A stretch of DNA of 64,000 bases from an uncultured virus (IMG/VR IMGVR_UViG_3300037011_000237). Its lineage: Duplodnaviria > Heunggongvirae > Uroviricota > Caudoviricetes. The notes beneath the pieces were generated by a model. That model was not told where the DNA came from and did no database searches. It saw nothing but the letters and a program-made list of their open reading frames with translations. Of the stretch, positions 47,484-57,060 are shown piece after piece (the stretch's first letter is position 1; each line of letters starts with the position of its first letter). Position numbers and translations under genes: made by a program. Where the stretch lies: IMG/VR virus record IMGVR_UViG_3300037011_000237; one strand, 5' to 3'.

Positions 47484-48007
47484 AAATACTTATCCAACTC
47501 TGGAATAACATCAATGTAATCAAATTCAGTTTCGTATTGTATATTCCAAGGTTGTCTACGCATAATGACTTTACATACATTCTTTAACTTTTCAGTATAT
47601 TTATACTGGTCTTCCACAAAAATATCTATTTCAAGAAGTCTAGCATATTTATCTTTATCAGCAGAAAAGATTAAGTTTCTAGTTTGTGGAAATTTAAACC
47701 GTTCCAAATATAATTCTGTAGTAATTTCTAGTTCTTTCCGTCTAGAAGTTATATAGTAAATAGTATGTCCTTTTTCAGATAGAGATTGGAGATACTCTAT
47801 TAAACCTTTTTCTGGGAACATTTTATCATATAACATTGGCAAGGAAAGTAAGAAACATATTTCATCTGCAGTAAATATTTTATCAAACCGTTCCCATAAT
47901 TCATTATAACTTGGTATTTCTTTTCCTTGTTCAGTAAGATATGAATAAACCGCTTTATGCCAGTTATATAAAACACCATCTAAATCAAATGCTAGAATCA
48001 TTCTCAT
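47480..48007 (-). CDS. HAD-family 5'(3')-deoxyribonucleotidase-like protein
   Basis: FDLDGVL, YITSR, K, IFVED, PWN. Confidence 0.85.
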   Translation of the reverse strand: MRMILAFDLDGVLYNWHKAVYSYLTEQGKEIPSYNELWERFDKIFTADEICFLLSLPMLYDKMFPEKGLIEYLQSLSEKGHTIYYITSRRKELEITTELYLERFKFPQTRNLIFSADKDKYARLLEIDIFVEDQYKYTEKLKNVCKVIMRRQPWNIQYETEFDYIDVIPELDKYL

Positions 48008-48194
48008 CCTTTCTACAATCTGGACAAAGGTCTTCTGTTGGATTCTTTAAATCCTTTATAAAAACACATAAACATCGTTTACAGCCTATAGCACAATCTG
48101 TACAATAATAATCTCCCATGAAATCAAATGCACCCGTCTTTCCACAATTATCACAAGGCATATTTTTATAAAATTTAATACTTCTATCACTCAT
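47985..48194 (-). CDS. small Cys-rich protein
   Basis: Four CxxC pairs. Confidence 0.6.
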   Translation of the reverse strand: MSDRSIKFYKNMPCDNCGKTGAFDFMGDYYCTDCAIGCKRCLCVFIKDLKNPTEDLCPDCRKDENDSSI

Positions 48195-48405
48195 TTTGTT
48201 TCCTTTGAGACATCAAACAATCCCAACAAAAAGTATCTCCAGTATAAAAAACATATGCCATCTTTTTTTCACAATTTTCACAAATTGCATTTACATCAAA
48301 TCTAATATTTTCTGGAGAGGTTTTACCACAATAATCCATATTATACCAATCTCCATTACCCACCCAATCAAGAATTTCCAATATACGATTCCAGAGTCTA
48401 AACAT
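48187..48405 (-). CDS. small Zn-finger-like protein
   Basis: CENC...CWDC. Confidence 0.55.
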   Translation of the reverse strand: MFRLWNRILEILDWVGNGDWYNMDYCGKTSPENIRFDVNAICENCEKKMAYVFYTGDTFCWDCLMSQRKQNE

Positions 48406-48407
48406 TT

Positions 48408-48611
48408 TTATCCTTTTTTAAGACGATTAACTATAGCAATTGTTTGTTTTGTTGGTTCTGAAATTCCTAGTTCTAGATAAGCACGTTCTGGGTGTATTCT
48501 AGAAATTTTTCCTGTTCTTATAAGATTCCTAAAGCAACCCATTGAACATGCATGACTTAATCCATACTTCCAAAAACCAAAAACCTCTCTACCACAATTT
48601 TCACAAATCAT
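48408..48611 (-). CDS. small Zn-finger-like protein
   Basis: CENC...CSMGC. Confidence 0.55.
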   Translation of the reverse strand: MICENCGREVFGFWKYGLSHACSMGCFRNLIRTGKISRIHPERAYLELGISEPTKQTIAIVNRLKKG

Positions 48612-48612
48612 C

Positions 48613-48843
48613 TTAACTCCTCATAAGTTTAGACATAGCATTAATATCATAAGGACTTGGTAATTCGTCTCCAAAATCATTGAAAGTATCATAGATTACT
48701 ATCCATCGTTTTCCACAATGTTTACAAAGTCTATGTCTACCTACGTCTAGTCTAAGATGGTCGTATACTATTCTAGCACTTCCACATTCTGGACAAAAAT
48801 TAAATCTAAAATCCTTTCCATTTACGCTATCTTTTTCCACCAA
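48613..48843 (-). CDS. small Zn-ribbon protein
   Basis: CPECG...CKHCG. Confidence 0.6.
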   Translation of the reverse strand: MVEKDSVNGKDFRFNFCPECGSARIVYDHLRLDVGRHRLCKHCGKRWIVIYDTFNDFGDELPSPYDINAMSKLMRS

Positions 48844-49717
48844 AATACTCCTTATTTAATTCGAATAGATATTTAGAAGAATCCACTAATTTTTCAAATT
48901 CCTGTACCGTATTTCCATCTCTGAAAAAATCTATAGTATCATACTTTTCTATATCTGTATTAAATAAAACTATTTTTACCTTATGTTCTCCTAAACAACT
49001 GGCAACTTTTTTTGCAGCAAGAAATCCTACTTTATCATTATCAGCAATATAATAAACTTTTTTTATGTTAGAAAAGAAGGAAAACCAATCATTTTGCCAT
49101 CCATAAGCACCACCAGTATGACTAACTGCTGGATATCCTAATTGATTTAAGAGAATAGCATCTACTGGTCCTTCTGTAATAAATACTGTAGTAAGTAACG
49201 GAAGAATACTAGAATTATAAAGTACTGGGCCTGTTCCTTTATACCAAGGAATTATTATCTTCTTGGGTTCTTCTCTCCTACACTGAAAATTAATAAACTC
49301 ATCTCTAAAATAAATGGGAATTAAGAAAAATCCATCATATTTCCCAAGTCTAAACAAATCCACTGTAGAATCTGTAAGCTGCCTTTTATACCAATAATCT
49401 CTATCTTTCTTACCATTTTCCCAAAATATTTTTACTAGTTTTTCATTAGGTGTAGATGTTACTGTTTTAAATGTTTTAGATACAGCAGAAACCCCAGACA
49501 AATCCTTTATTAATTCTTCTGCTTGTTTTTTGGGAAGTTTTTTAATGAGGAGGAGATAGTCTATAGGCTTTCCAGATAAACCCTTGGAATTCCAATACCA
49601 TAATTGCTCCTTTAAGTCAAGGACGAGCGAACTATGTTCATCAGTAGAACGCCACCTATCTCCTCCTCCTCTCACACTATAATCAAGACTGACTACTTTC
49701 TCCAGAAGACTTTCCAT
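48827..49717 (-). CDS. DNA primase (TOPRIM)
   Basis: FITEGPVDA, IADNDKVG, KYDTID. Confidence 0.85.
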   Translation of the reverse strand: MESLLEKVVSLDYSVRGGGDRWRSTDEHSSLVLDLKEQLWYWNSKGLSGKPIDYLLLIKKLPKKQAEELIKDLSGVSAVSKTFKTVTSTPNEKLVKIFWENGKKDRDYWYKRQLTDSTVDLFRLGKYDGFFLIPIYFRDEFINFQCRREEPKKIIIPWYKGTGPVLYNSSILPLLTTVFITEGPVDAILLNQLGYPAVSHTGGAYGWQNDWFSFFSNIKKVYYIADNDKVGFLAAKKVASCLGEHKVKIVLFNTDIEKYDTIDFFRDGNTVQEFEKLVDSSKYLFELNKEYFGGKR

Positions 49718-50207
49718 CTTCTTCCTTTCTATATTCTAACATTTTTTTATATTGTGTTCTAATTCCTGTGTATATGGCTCTTGAAATAAGACAATCTGCA
49801 AGAATGTTGGATTCTATTTCTATATCCCAATTATTAACAGTATACCCAAGATTATTAAATAAACTATGAACTATTCTATCAACAAATTGGCATGTAGGAC
49901 CATATTTCAAAGTATTTTCCATTGCAAATTCAGAGTTCATATGGAATATTTTTTTCATATATTCCCAATTTTCCATAACAATAGTATGGTCTTTCGACCA
50001 ATAGGTATACGAAGAAGATAATTCGTGTTCACCTAGCGTTTCTTCTAAAATGTTCTGAAATTCATCTGAACATCTAACAATAAGACCTTGTTCTTCTTCA
50101 TTGAAAAAATGCCAAAGAGGGTCTTCTTTTAATACCGGATAGACTATATATTTCAATATTCTAAAATATTCTTTTGTATCTGCTCCAGCAATTAAAAATT
50201 CAATCAT
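49683..50207 (-). CDS. hypothetical protein, weak resemblance to lantibiotic dehydratase C-terminal (thiopeptide-type) domain
   Basis: WHFF...LIVR, IFHMNSEFAM, IVHSLFNNLG. Confidence 0.35.
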   Translation of the reverse strand: MIEFLIAGADTKEYFRILKYIVYPVLKEDPLWHFFNEEEQGLIVRCSDEFQNILEETLGEHELSSSYTYWSKDHTIVMENWEYMKKIFHMNSEFAMENTLKYGPTCQFVDRIVHSLFNNLGYTVNNWDIEIESNILADCLISRAIYTGIRTQYKKMLEYRKEEDGKSSGESSQS

Positions 50208-50390
50208 TTATTTCCCTTTCTTTCTCCTAGGAATTGACCTACCATGATCTTTTTTATACTTTTCATTGTTCTTAAAGTACTGAACCTGCTTTTCTCTTTT
50301 CTTAGCTCCTGCTTTAGTTGTGACTTTAGAGAGTCTACGTCCTGTAGTTTTAGATACCAGAACATAACCACCCTTCACTTTTTTAATCAT
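50208..50390 (-). CDS. small basic protein
   Basis: MIKKVKGGYVLVSKTTGRRL...AKKREKQVQYFK; ATG 50390 follows GGAGAAGGA. Confidence 0.65.
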   Translation of the reverse strand: MIKKVKGGYVLVSKTTGRRLSKVTTKAGAKKREKQVQYFKNNEKYKKDHGRSIPRRKKGK

Positions 50391-50571
50391 CGTCTTCCTT
50401 CTCCTCGACCTCTTCTTCCTTATGAAGTCGTCTTTCCTGTTTCCTTTTTGCTTTTTCTGCCTTCTTACGCATAATTTCTTCCAATACAAAAACACTACGA
50501 CCATCAATTACTATGCCCTTAGTTCGTTTACGATGTAGCCTATCACGTTTATTAGCTTTTTCGATTCTCAT
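50383..50571 (-). CDS. small charged protein
   Basis: 62 aa, overlapping both neighbours. Confidence 0.55.
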   Translation of the reverse strand: MRIEKANKRDRLHRKRTKGIVIDGRSVFVLEEIMRKKAEKAKRKQERRLHKEEEVEEKEDDD

Positions 50572-51587
50572 TTTTGTACTATACTCTCCGAACCCGTTAT
50601 AATAAATTCTGCATTTTTATGCAATTCTGCAATGTTTCTTGCATTACAATATGTAAATCCTGACTTCATATTCCACATAAACTTATCTATAAATTTATCT
50701 AATGATATAGTTTTTTCTACTTTCTTTTTAGTACCCTCTACAGATTTCTTAACTTCACCATAGAATTGTTCCTGAAATTCTTTTGATGCCATGCCCAGTA
50801 TTTCACCATTATTATCAGATTCAAAACAACTTGCAAACAAAGAACCTATCATTAGAAGGTCTGCACCACAAGCAAGTGCTTTAATCCCATCACCAGAATT
50901 CTTTATTCCACCATCTGCTACTGTATACCAAGGATTAAAATCATTTGTTTGAATTTTATATTCATCATGTAAATGTACATTTACCATTTTATGACTACAA
51001 TCAATAATTGCAGTAGCTTGTGGAATTCCCACTCCGGCTTCATTTCTTGTTGTACATAGTTGTCCAGAACCAATTCCTGTTCTAATTAAGATTGCACCAG
51101 CATTAAACAAACATCTAGCACCCTCATAAGTAGCAACATTACCTGCCATAACTAAGCAAGTATAACCATTATTTACTATATAATCTGCTATTATTGATGT
51201 AAAATTCATTACAGAGGCTAGATAACCATTAGCAACATCTATACAAATAATAGACGCTCCTAAATCTAAAGCAGCTTTATAAAATTTATCATTCAAGCCA
51301 ACTGCTACTCCAAAATTAATTGCGGATTCTGCCAAAGTTTCTAAGTCTATTATTCTTTCTGTTATATCATTATAGAATCTATGAAGAATACCTATTCCAC
51401 CTAATTTACCCAATCCTTTTATTAATTCTACACCAACAATGCCAGACATAGGGGATGCTATGATTGGTATTTTTAACCGCAATTCATTAATATGTCGTGA
51501 TAATTCTACTTCATCACGGCTAGTTACTGAAGAAAGTTTTGGTATTAGCAATAAATCCTCTAAATCATACCCTTGCCTAAGATTCAC
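50568..51587 (-). CDS. IMP dehydrogenase / GMP reductase family protein (no CBS domains)
   Basis: PIIASPM, GGIGILHR, IDVANG, AGNVAT, GIGSGQLCTTR (catalytic Cys), ADGGIK, GMAS. Confidence 0.9.
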   Translation of the reverse strand: MNLRQGYDLEDLLLIPKLSSVTSRDEVELSRHINELRLKIPIIASPMSGIVGVELIKGLGKLGGIGILHRFYNDITERIIDLETLAESAINFGVAVGLNDKFYKAALDLGASIICIDVANGYLASVMNFTSIIADYIVNNGYTCLVMAGNVATYEGARCLFNAGAILIRTGIGSGQLCTTRNEAGVGIPQATAIIDCSHKMVNVHLHDEYKIQTNDFNPWYTVADGGIKNSGDGIKALACGADLLMIGSLFASCFESDNNGEILGMASKEFQEQFYGEVKKSVEGTKKKVEKTISLDKFIDKFMWNMKSGFTYCNARNIAELHKNAEFIITGSESIVQK

Positions 51588-51747
51588 CTTTTAACTCCTT
51601 TTCTATTGCTTCTCTGTTTACTACTGTAAATACACCGTCTATTATATCATAATATTTCCTACAAAGAAAGCACCAAAATACTCTTTTTCTATTTAAAATC
51701 CATGTTGGTGTAGTACAACTATTACAAATAGGACATTTATGTTTCAT
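51577..51747 (-). CDS. 56 aa Zn-ribbon protein (not in ORF track)
   Basis: Manual translation MKHKCPICNSC...FWCFLCRKYY...KGES*; ATG overlaps the upstream stop. Confidence 0.6.
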   Translation of the reverse strand: MKHKCPICNSCTTPTWILNRKRVFWCFLCRKYYDIIDGVFTVVNREAIEKELKGES

Positions 51748-52700
51748 TCAAATACTATCCATTTTCCATACAAAAGCCACATAGGATATGGATTACCACG
51801 ATTATCTATACCAAGTTCTTTTTGATAAGTATCAGGTGGTATATAATTCTGAAGAGCATTACGATTCTCAGATTGTTTTGCAAAAGTAACCTGATTCAAA
51901 AACCATGTAGATAAATCTATTATATTTCCATCATATAGTTCAGGAGGATTTTTTGATACAATAACTCCATCTAATCTTCCTGTTAATGCTGTCCATCTAC
52001 CATCATTATCTTTACCACCATAACGAGCCATGCCCCACCTAACAGCAGTATTAAAATCAACTTCTACTACTTGGTCACGAAATTCTATATGAGCGTACAC
52101 ATCATTACGTCTAGAACAATCTGCCACTATAAATGGACCTTCCCAATCATAGCCCGGACGTTGAATCCATATAGAATGTCCTATTTCTGAACAAAAAGGA
52201 AGTGCTACAGAACCAATAAAACCATCCAGCGATAATCCTCTATATTTTGCGGTTGCTTCCATTACTCCGGGAGCATATATTACTGCTGAACCTATGGTTG
52301 TTGTTGGCATCCGTAAGAATTGTGTATCAAATGTGGCAAGTCCCGGAACCCAACCCTCATCATACCACCAATAGCCATTATATGTATTATTATCATCATA
52401 AAGTTCTGGGACAGGATTTCCTATATCTATTGCTTGTTTTGTTACAGAGGTTTCCAGCATAGGAACTGTTGTAGCCTCAGTAGTAGTTTCCTCTACCGCT
52501 ACCTCCTTAAAACTCTCTAACTGAGGAACAATTGGCATTTCTGTAGGAGTTTCTACAGAAATTTGTGTGGGAGGGATTGTAGGTACTAAAATTGTAATGG
52601 GGGGGATAATTTCCTCCCCCATTTTTTGTAAGTTAGGGCATATTCTTATAAATAAAATTGTTGTAATAATATAAAAAATACATATTATTTGCTTACGCAT
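51744..52700 (-). CDS. membrane-anchored protein with Pro/Thr linker and RlpA/Barwin-like double-psi beta-barrel
   Basis: N-terminal hydrophobic helix; PT-rich linker; VALPFCSEIGHSIWI..GPFIVADCS..VEVDFNTA. Confidence 0.5.
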   Translation of the reverse strand: MRKQIICIFYIITTILFIRICPNLQKMGEEIIPPITILVPTIPPTQISVETPTEMPIVPQLESFKEVAVEETTTEATTVPMLETSVTKQAIDIGNPVPELYDDNNTYNGYWWYDEGWVPGLATFDTQFLRMPTTTIGSAVIYAPGVMEATAKYRGLSLDGFIGSVALPFCSEIGHSIWIQRPGYDWEGPFIVADCSRRNDVYAHIEFRDQVVEVDFNTAVRWGMARYGGKDNDGRWTALTGRLDGVIVSKNPPELYDGNIIDLSTWFLNQVTFAKQSENRNALQNYIPPDTYQKELGIDNRGNPYPMWLLYGKWIVFE

Positions 52701-53023
52701 TTCCTGTTCCTTAAAGCTTCTCGATACTGATAAAGAGGTTTAATTGCCTCATTATAAGTAAAGAACGAAATTGCAGTACCGACAAGCACTTGTAATATAT
52801 TTCTAGCCCAACCAGTCCAATCCGTAGGCATAGAAAAGCCAGTAAATCCAACAAGAGCAAGCAATGGAACCACTAAAATATTTAAAATAGGAACTATTAT
52901 AGCATAAAACCAAACTGGAAAATCGTACAACATATCTTTAGCTACAAATTTTCTCCATAACCACTTAATTCCCTGTAAAATTAGGGCTGAAGCCCCACCT
53001 GCGGTAATAACGATTTCTAACAT
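52685..53023 (-). CDS. holin-like three-TM membrane protein
   Basis: Three hydrophobic segments and a basic C-terminus. Confidence 0.5.
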   Translation of the reverse strand: MLEIVITAGGASALILQGIKWLWRKFVAKDMLYDFPVWFYAIIVPILNILVVPLLALVGFTGFSMPTDWTGWARNILQVLVGTAISFFTYNEAIKPLYQYREALRNRKCVSK

Positions 53024-53026
53024 TTT

Positions 53027-53605
53027 TTATTCTCCTTTATATTTACTTTGTTGTGAGTCTAGAGTATTTACCAGTCTCTCTGAAATTTGTTTTGCACTAG
53101 GCTCTTTAAAATCATTAACAATTATATAATTATAATAACTATCATCTTCTGGGAGAGCATTTTCAGAAATATGATTTTCACATTCATGTGTAAGATACGA
53201 TAATGATGTTGCAGAGTGCATTCTTATTTTAACAGGATTATAAAGAATGGATTCCGCAAAAACATCGTGTTCATTGGGAAATCTCCAATCATCTATAATT
53301 ATAACATCATATGGGAAATCTGACGAATTTTCAAGATGATATAACAGATAATTTACCCAACAATCAGGATTATATGCTCTACCAACATTTGTACCCAATG
53401 TTTGTAATAGTTTTCTCCCTTTTTCGTCTTTATTTCCATCCCAACCCATATATTTATAGGCAATTTCCTTTATTCCTAAAGCCAGACTACAAACTGCAAC
53501 ATTTAAACCTTTGATTTTGAAAAGTTCTTTAAATTGTTTTGCAAAAAAAGATTTGCCTACTCCTGCCTTACCAGATAGTAAAATTACCAAGGTTTTATTA
53601 TACAT
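53027..53605 (-). CDS. deoxynucleoside monophosphate kinase
   Basis: SGKAGVGKS, GRKLLQTLGT, IIDDWRFPNE, HISE. Confidence 0.85.
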   Translation of the reverse strand: MYNKTLVILLSGKAGVGKSFFAKQFKELFKIKGLNVAVCSLALGIKEIAYKYMGWDGNKDEKGRKLLQTLGTNVGRAYNPDCWVNYLLYHLENSSDFPYDVIIIDDWRFPNEHDVFAESILYNPVKIRMHSATSLSYLTHECENHISENALPEDDSYYNYIIVNDFKEPSAKQISERLVNTLDSQQSKYKGE

Positions 53606-53822
53606 CTAGATTTGAACCTCCTGTATGATAATCCTCTAGAATGCCTTCAAGAATTTGATGGTCGATTAAATCATTTTGCACCAAGAAACTTAAAATAAAT
53701 ATATAACTTGGTACAGTAATTACCAAACATTTTCTAGAACCAATAAAGAAATTATTACCATCTTCTTGTTTAATAATAAGTGTATTAGTTTTTGGTAATC
53801 TGGTTATTTTCAGTTTTGCCAT
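53598..53822 (-). CDS. hypothetical protein
   Basis: Overlapping ORF in the operon. Confidence 0.55.
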   Translation of the reverse strand: MAKLKITRLPKTNTLIIKQEDGNNFFIGSRKCLVITVPSYIFILSFLVQNDLIDHQILEGILEDYHTGGSNLDV

Positions 53823-54096
53823 TCTCCAACCTTTCTTTTAAGGTTAAAAAGTCACTAGCTGGTATTTCAAATAAATCAAATCCATATTGAGAAAGAGATT
53901 TTGTAACTTCTGACATTATATCTCTATGTGCAGTAGAATAAGAATGTGAGGATATTATTTTAAACATTAGCTCTCTTTCTTCATTTATACCTTTTTGATT
54001 TTTTCTACTTTGTATGAGTGTATAAGAAATTTCCCAATTTCTGTTAACAAAGTTAGCATCAAACTTTGTTTCATACATAATACCATTATATATCAT
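53785..54096 (-). CDS. hypothetical protein
   Basis: 103 aa with an AGGAG RBS. Confidence 0.6.
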   Translation of the reverse strand: MIYNGIMYETKFDANFVNRNWEISYTLIQSRKNQKGINEERELMFKIISSHSYSTAHRDIMSEVTKSLSQYGFDLFEIPASDFLTLKERLENGKTENNQITKN

Positions 54097-54105
54097 TTCA
54101 ACTCC

Positions 54106-55014
54106 TTATCTAGCTACACTAACTAAAAGATTCTTTCTTTTTTCCTTGGTCAATGAAGAAGTTCGAACTCTTATGTATGCACCACAATCACAACGATATA
54201 GTTCATATTTACCAGTCATGGTGTAATAAAACTTATCTGTTTTAGTAAGTGAATGACTTCCACAATTAGAACAAACTGGTTCTGTGGATTCAGTATAAAG
54301 TCCTAAATTAGGGTGTGAGTGTATCCAAGGTCTAATTTTCATATAAACTTCTTCCAAAGTTTCTACATCACGGCGGTTATACTTTTCCATAAGTTTAAGT
54401 GCATTTTCGTCTCCATCTACACATCTTGTCCACAAAGGAAAAGAAACCTCTATTTTTACTTTAAATCCAAATACCTTAGCCAAAGCATTTAAGTTATTAT
54501 GAGAAAACCCAAACTGCCTTTTAGCTATACTGCAAGTATCTATAGATTGATATGGAGATGTTGGGGGCAAATTATTTACAATAAATCTAGTGTTCATATT
54601 TGGAACATCAAACTTATCTCCATTATGAGCAATTACAATATCTGCCTCATTTAAAAGTTTCCAAAGGCTTTTTACAATTCTACTATCGTCTTCATTTTTA
54701 GCTTCTCTGCTAGTAAGTCTATCTGACATTATTTCATCAGAAAATAACCATTTTGCAGACCAACATAATGCAAACCACTGTGATAAAACTTGTTCTTCAT
54801 TTACGTTAGTATTCCAAAGTCTAGTTGCAAAAATATATGCTTTTAGTGGTGAAGTTTCAATATCAAAAACCAATACTTTAGGAAGTCTAACTACCTTTCT
54901 AACACTAGTATCTCCAGATATATATCTTATATAGCATTTTGGATGTGTAACGCCATTATGACGATGAACACATCTAAAATTAAATGGAGTAACTTTCTTT
55001 TCTTTATTTATCAT
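54106..55014 (-). CDS. DnaQ/RNase H-like 3'-5' exonuclease with C-terminal Zn ribbon
   Basis: FDIETSP, AHNGDKFD, IDT, YNRRDV; CSNCG...CDCG. Confidence 0.85.
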   Translation of the reverse strand: MINKEKKVTPFNFRCVHRHNGVTHPKCYIRYISGDTSVRKVVRLPKVLVFDIETSPLKAYIFATRLWNTNVNEEQVLSQWFALCWSAKWLFSDEIMSDRLTSREAKNEDDSRIVKSLWKLLNEADIVIAHNGDKFDVPNMNTRFIVNNLPPTSPYQSIDTCSIAKRQFGFSHNNLNALAKVFGFKVKIEVSFPLWTRCVDGDENALKLMEKYNRRDVETLEEVYMKIRPWIHSHPNLGLYTESTEPVCSNCGSHSLTKTDKFYYTMTGKYELYRCDCGAYIRVRTSSLTKEKRKNLLVSVAR

Positions 55015-55421
55015 TATTTTTTTATCCTCGAAAGTTTATGTTTATGTTCCGATTTCATATAAGTAATTAAATTTTCTATTTGCTCATTTGTTAACTCGTA
55101 CTTATCGCTTAATTCATCTATTGTTCCAAAATCTGTAAATTCTCCTCCTAAGCAAAAAGAAATCTTTTCACACGCACTTTTAAAAATTAAACTTATAGTT
55201 TTCTTAGCTAATGGAATTTCTTTATTAATATCAGATAACATTGAACCATTAGAAACAAGATTTAATATTTGTACTTCTATAGGTGTTAATATTCCAAGTT
55301 GATAAAGTTCCTTCGCTTTCTTTTCCAAAATTAATAAATTATTATAATCATCTGATTCTAAATCATGTTCTTCTTTTAATCTTAACCAATTAATTATGAG
55401 GGTTTCTATTTTCCATGACAT
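55014..55421 (-). CDS. putative HTH DNA-binding protein (sigma region 4 / LuxR-like)
   Basis: LTPIEVQILNLVSNG..LSDI......KTIS pattern. Confidence 0.5.
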   Translation of the reverse strand: MSWKIETLIINWLRLKEEHDLESDDYNNLLILEKKAKELYQLGILTPIEVQILNLVSNGSMLSDINKEIPLAKKTISLIFKSACEKISFCLGGEFTDFGTIDELSDKYELTNEQIENLITYMKSEHKHKLSRIKK

Positions 55422-55423
55422 AA

Positions 55424-56119
55424 TTATTTACCCAATTCACTTTCCATATCTTTTGCACAAGTTTTCTTAAATTGACACCCATAACAACTACTGTTAAACA
55501 GTCCTACTGGAGGTAAATCATTTCTTTTTATTTTGTTAACAATGCTAGGTACGACATTATGAAATAATTGATAAAGAATGTCCTGATTAAAATTAAGACT
55601 TACAATTTTATTATCTAAAAGTGAGACATACAATACAGACGATGGTGTCTTTTTGAACATAGATTTATATGCTAAAAAATAAGAAAGAAACTGTGGGTCT
55701 TTATCTATACTTTTAGGGGTTTTAGCTGTGGTTTTCCAATCTATTACCATACCATTATTAGCAATTCTATCTATTTTTCCTACCAAAAAGCTACTATCGT
55801 CCAAAACAATCTTAAATTTATGTTCTATTAAATCACCCTTTCCTAACATTTCCTTGACACCACAAGTAAAGAAATTGTCAACGGACATTAAGATTTTACT
55901 TTCTACTGAACTTAAAGAAAGTTCTTCTATTTTCGTCTTACAATATGCTAATGCAGCAACTTTATTTGTCCAAAATTTTTCTAATGCTTCATGAACTACA
56001 GTTCCTGCTTGCATATCTATATTTGTCTCTGCCAATTCTGGAAAGTTAGTCCTATAAAAGATTCTTTTAGGACATTGTATATAATCTTTTATTGATGTAG
56101 CAGAAAGATAAATACTCAT
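55424..56119 (-). CDS. PD-(D/E)XK RecB/Cas4-like exonuclease
   Basis: LSATSIKDYIQCP, GTVVHEALE, GKIDR, IDWKT, Q..SY, CYGCQFKKTC. Confidence 0.88.
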   Translation of the reverse strand: MSIYLSATSIKDYIQCPKRIFYRTNFPELAETNIDMQAGTVVHEALEKFWTNKVAALAYCKTKIEELSLSSVESKILMSVDNFFTCGVKEMLGKGDLIEHKFKIVLDDSSFLVGKIDRIANNGMVIDWKTTAKTPKSIDKDPQFLSYFLAYKSMFKKTPSSVLYVSLLDNKIVSLNFNQDILYQLFHNVVPSIVNKIKRNDLPPVGLFNSSCYGCQFKKTCAKDMESELGK

Positions 56120-56490
56120 AAAGAAACACGCCTCTCATTTGCTGAAAGTGTCTGCCAAGTTCCTAACATTTCTTTATAAATATCCAAAGTTCCTCTTAGT
56201 TTTTCTAAGGTAGAAATGGTCAATGCAAGTTCATTTCTAAGTGGAATCATTTCTCCTTCTGTTCCAAGGAATTTATATGTATTTTCAATATAAGACATTG
56301 ATGCTGGTTTACCACCAACAAAATATTTTTCATCGGTAGATACTTTTAGTACTGTTTCGGCTTCCTTTTGTTTTATTTCGTTCTCCAAGAATAATTTCTT
56401 AGATGAAACTTCTGCGGCCTTATTTACTAGTTCAAATAACACTTCAAAATCAGGTAATTTACTGAGAAATTTACTTGCTGTAGTTTCCAT
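56116..56490 (-). CDS. coiled-coil protein, possibly UvsY-like recombination mediator
   Basis: 124 aa helical protein in the recombination block; weak inference. Confidence 0.35.
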   Translation of the reverse strand: METTASKFLSKLPDFEVLFELVNKAAEVSSKKLFLENEIKQKEAETVLKVSTDEKYFVGGKPASMSYIENTYKFLGTEGEMIPLRNELALTISTLEKLRGTLDIYKEMLGTWQTLSANERRVSL

Positions 56491-56707
56491 TCAAACTCCT
56501 TTTCCACAAAATGAGATTACGTATATGTATTACAAGATATGCTATTACACCTATCATTAAACCATATTGATGAATTACAAATATAACATAATAAGTCCAC
56601 AAAAACTGATTTGCAATTCCTACAATAGGCCCCCATGTTGATTTATTTCCCATCATCCACAACATTAAAACAGATGTTGCACTTAATAACCAACTAAACC
56701 AATCCAT
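56471..56707 (-). CDS. small three-TM membrane protein (PnuC-like half)
   Basis: DWFSW...GNKSTWGPIVGIANQFLW...QYGL...W pattern. Confidence 0.55.
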   Translation of the reverse strand: MDWFSWLLSATSVLMLWMMGNKSTWGPIVGIANQFLWTYYVIFVIHQYGLMIGVIAYLVIHIRNLILWKRSLNGNYSK

Positions 56708-56715
56708 TTATCTCC

Positions 56716-57060
56716 TTATTTATAATACGGTTCTACTTTAGAATATAATTCAATATATTTTCTGCAAACTTCTGATTGTCTATTGGTATAAAGTTTTCTG
56801 CCTGTTTTTAGATAATGTAATGGACTAAAATCTAAATCTTTATCCCAACCATTAAATCCAAAAGCAATATTTACATAATCATCTACAGTTTTTGTGTCTG
56901 TCATTAAAAAAGAAGCAATGGTTTCGTTTGATAGTCCAGACGCACAAAGTAACAAAACTGCTCTAGTACACATTACTGCAAATACTTCAGTTGGTACTCC
57001 AAGTTTTTCTTTGAAAAGAACCGATAAATATTTCCAACTATTGTGATTTTTCTTCTTCAT
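56716..57060 (-). CDS. putative HTH-containing protein
   Basis: ASGLSNETIASFL...KTV; probable ATG at 57060. Confidence 0.45.
   Translation of the reverse strand: MKKKNHNSWKYLSVLFKEKLGVPTEVFAVMCTRAVLLLCASGLSNETIASFLMTDTKTVDDYVNIAFGFNGWDKDLDFSPLHYLKTGRKLYTNRQSEVCRKYIELYSKVEPYYK

Noticed and set aside
55424..56119. Cas4 as evidence of a CRISPR-Cas locus
   Set aside because: Stand-alone PD-(D/E)XK nuclease in a recombination block; no cas1, cas2 or array.
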